Part shown: positions 63,001 to 64,000 of the stretch, piece by piece | How the letters are laid out: each line of letters begins with the position of its first letter | Position numbering within the stretch: the stretch's first letter is position 1 | Assembly: GCA_965178125.1 (NCBI GenBank) | Contig: OZ237749.1 | Location: 744,001-808,000 of the forward strand | DNA length: 64,000 nucleotides | Source of the DNA: Bilabrum cf. latius | Lineage: Eukaryota | Reading direction: 5' to 3' | Position numbers and translations under genes: made by a program | The notes under the pieces: model-generated | Database searches by the model: none | What the model saw: the letters and a program-made list of their open reading frames with translations, nothing else | Told to the model about the DNA's origin: nothing

Positions 63001-64000
63001 ATTGACGACGGGGGATTGCAGATTGACGACGGCGGTGCCAGCCTGTTCTCGAAAGCGGACAGAGTGAACACCCACATCATGTCAACAGTGCTCTCAGCAA
63101 CAGGCACTGATGGTTTCACCAATACGCTACTGAAGCTGGAGGTGGAACAGGGCTATCAAGCCTCGCCTACAACCACCAACTTCCACTTCATGCGACTGTA
63201 CGAGACCACAGTGTCGTCCGCGACACCGGCAGTGCGCACACCCACAGAGGTGTTCAATATTCGCGGTGACGGTCGTATCACCAGTCTCGCAGGAGGGGTC
63301 GAGGTCACAACCGGGGGAATCACCGTTTCGGACGGCGGGCTGAGTACCTCCACCAGTGATTCGACTGGAGTGCCACTTGAGGTTTCTCACACATCAAGTG
63401 CGTTCACCGGCTCTGCTTTTGTTGTCGATGTGCCAAATACGGCTCCCTCTTCTTCGTACAATATGATGCTGCTGCAGAGTGGCACAACCGAGCTTCTTCA
63501 GGTGCTGGGCAACGGCTAGCTACACGTGATGCAGGGAGGCATCGACGTGGATGCAGATGGCATCAACATCGATGCCGGAGGTTTGACAATCGCTGATGGT
63601 GGCGGTACCATCCACGATGGCGGTCTTGTTGTCAAGCTAGGCGGAACCACTATAGAATCGGGTGGCCTATTCGTGGACACGAATGGTGGATCAACGCTAT
63701 CAAATGATGACATCTCCGACCCAGCTGTAGTTGCTAGTGCTACTCACGCGTCATACACTGGAACCGTCCTCGACATTAGACACAATGTGGCTCAAGCAAA
63801 CGCAGACATGATTGTGGCTACAGCAGACCATGATGGTGTAGCGGATGAGGTATTCAAAGTGTACGGCAACGGTGACACATACATTGGAGTAACAGCAACA
63901 ACCCAACTTCGGCTTCAGCATGATGGCGAGATCAACATGGTCAACTCGGACTTTATTATACAAGCGGCAACGCCAGGGAAATCTGTGGAAATCGCATCTG
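60025..64000 (+). CDS. Secreted EGF-repeat protein of the tubular mastigoneme (Sig1/OCM1-like) type with a long beta-rich repeat extension; runs off the right edge
   Basis: Signal peptide MAPVAAALLLVAVATCSA; CPNQCNGHGRC, ECSNHGTC, CSARGTCRTMRDL, WEADRMRQCDCDRGYFGPDCS, ECPRADDP and CAGRGLC. One frame to the window end with only TAG breaks. Start is ATG 60025 or 60052. Confidence 0.8.
60197..60301 (+). other. Spliceosomal intron, 105 nt, phase 1, in frame and stop-free
   Basis: C|GTGAGG...CACGCAG|GT. Removal gives DCSRRSCDKG, the expected EGF linker. Confidence 0.8.
60674..60778 (+). other. Spliceosomal intron, 105 nt, phase 1, in frame and stop-free
   Basis: A|GTGAGA...ACCGCAG|AG. Removal gives DCSEKECPRADDP. 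Confidence 0.8.

Noticed and set aside
1-64000. Genes are pseudogenes with nonsense mutations
   Set aside because: Only TAG interrupts the frames, with no internal TAA/TGA or frameshifts seen. Essential genes keep their catalytic motifs and normal termini.
1-64000. C-to-T sequencing artefact, U-to-C RNA editing, A-to-I editing, or pyrrolysine
   Set aside because: C-to-T errors or U-to-C editing should also leave TAA (from CAA) and TGA (from CGA) in frame, and the TAG contexts are varied. A-to-I editing would give Trp, and pyrrolysine does not fit Gln columns or this density. Reads and RNA-seq are still needed to exclude these formally.
1-64000. TAGs are splice acceptors of many tiny introns
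   Set aside because: Sites such as KPWR*KGTG and RGAGLM*GWM align to homologs without gaps and have no matching donor, and the frame never shifts.

Overview
Very gene-dense, GC-rich eukaryotic nuclear DNA, probably from a flagellated stramenopile (inferred from a Sig1/OCM1-type tubular mastigoneme-like gene and short GT-AG introns). The main result is a non-standard nuclear genetic code in which TAG is a sense codon, almost certainly Gln. The ORF track looks shattered, but reading through TAG joins the fragments into 13 closely packed genes separated by about 85-390 bp. Well over 100 in-frame TAGs occur, including at the near-invariant Gln of uL4 (KPWR*KGTG) and the conserved Gln of tafazzin (RGAGLM*GWM). 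All 11 complete genes end in TGA, and I saw no in-frame TAA or TGA inside the exons I read, so UAG and UAA appear decoupled. Genes: an unknown large protein (partial), GaaA-like D-galacturonate reductase, an intronless ~4,415-aa ARM-LRR-CHAT-STAND NTPase protein, GOLD-TTC39, PPIL2, VPS35L, a disordered CaaX protein, a DYRK-like kinase with large inserts, tafazzin, a ~5,880-aa PKD-repeat surface protein, a small membrane protein, mitochondrial uL4 and a mastigoneme-like EGF protein (partial). No tRNA, rRNA, CRISPR array or mobile element was recognised. Gene models were translated by hand and family calls come from remembered motifs, not database searches.
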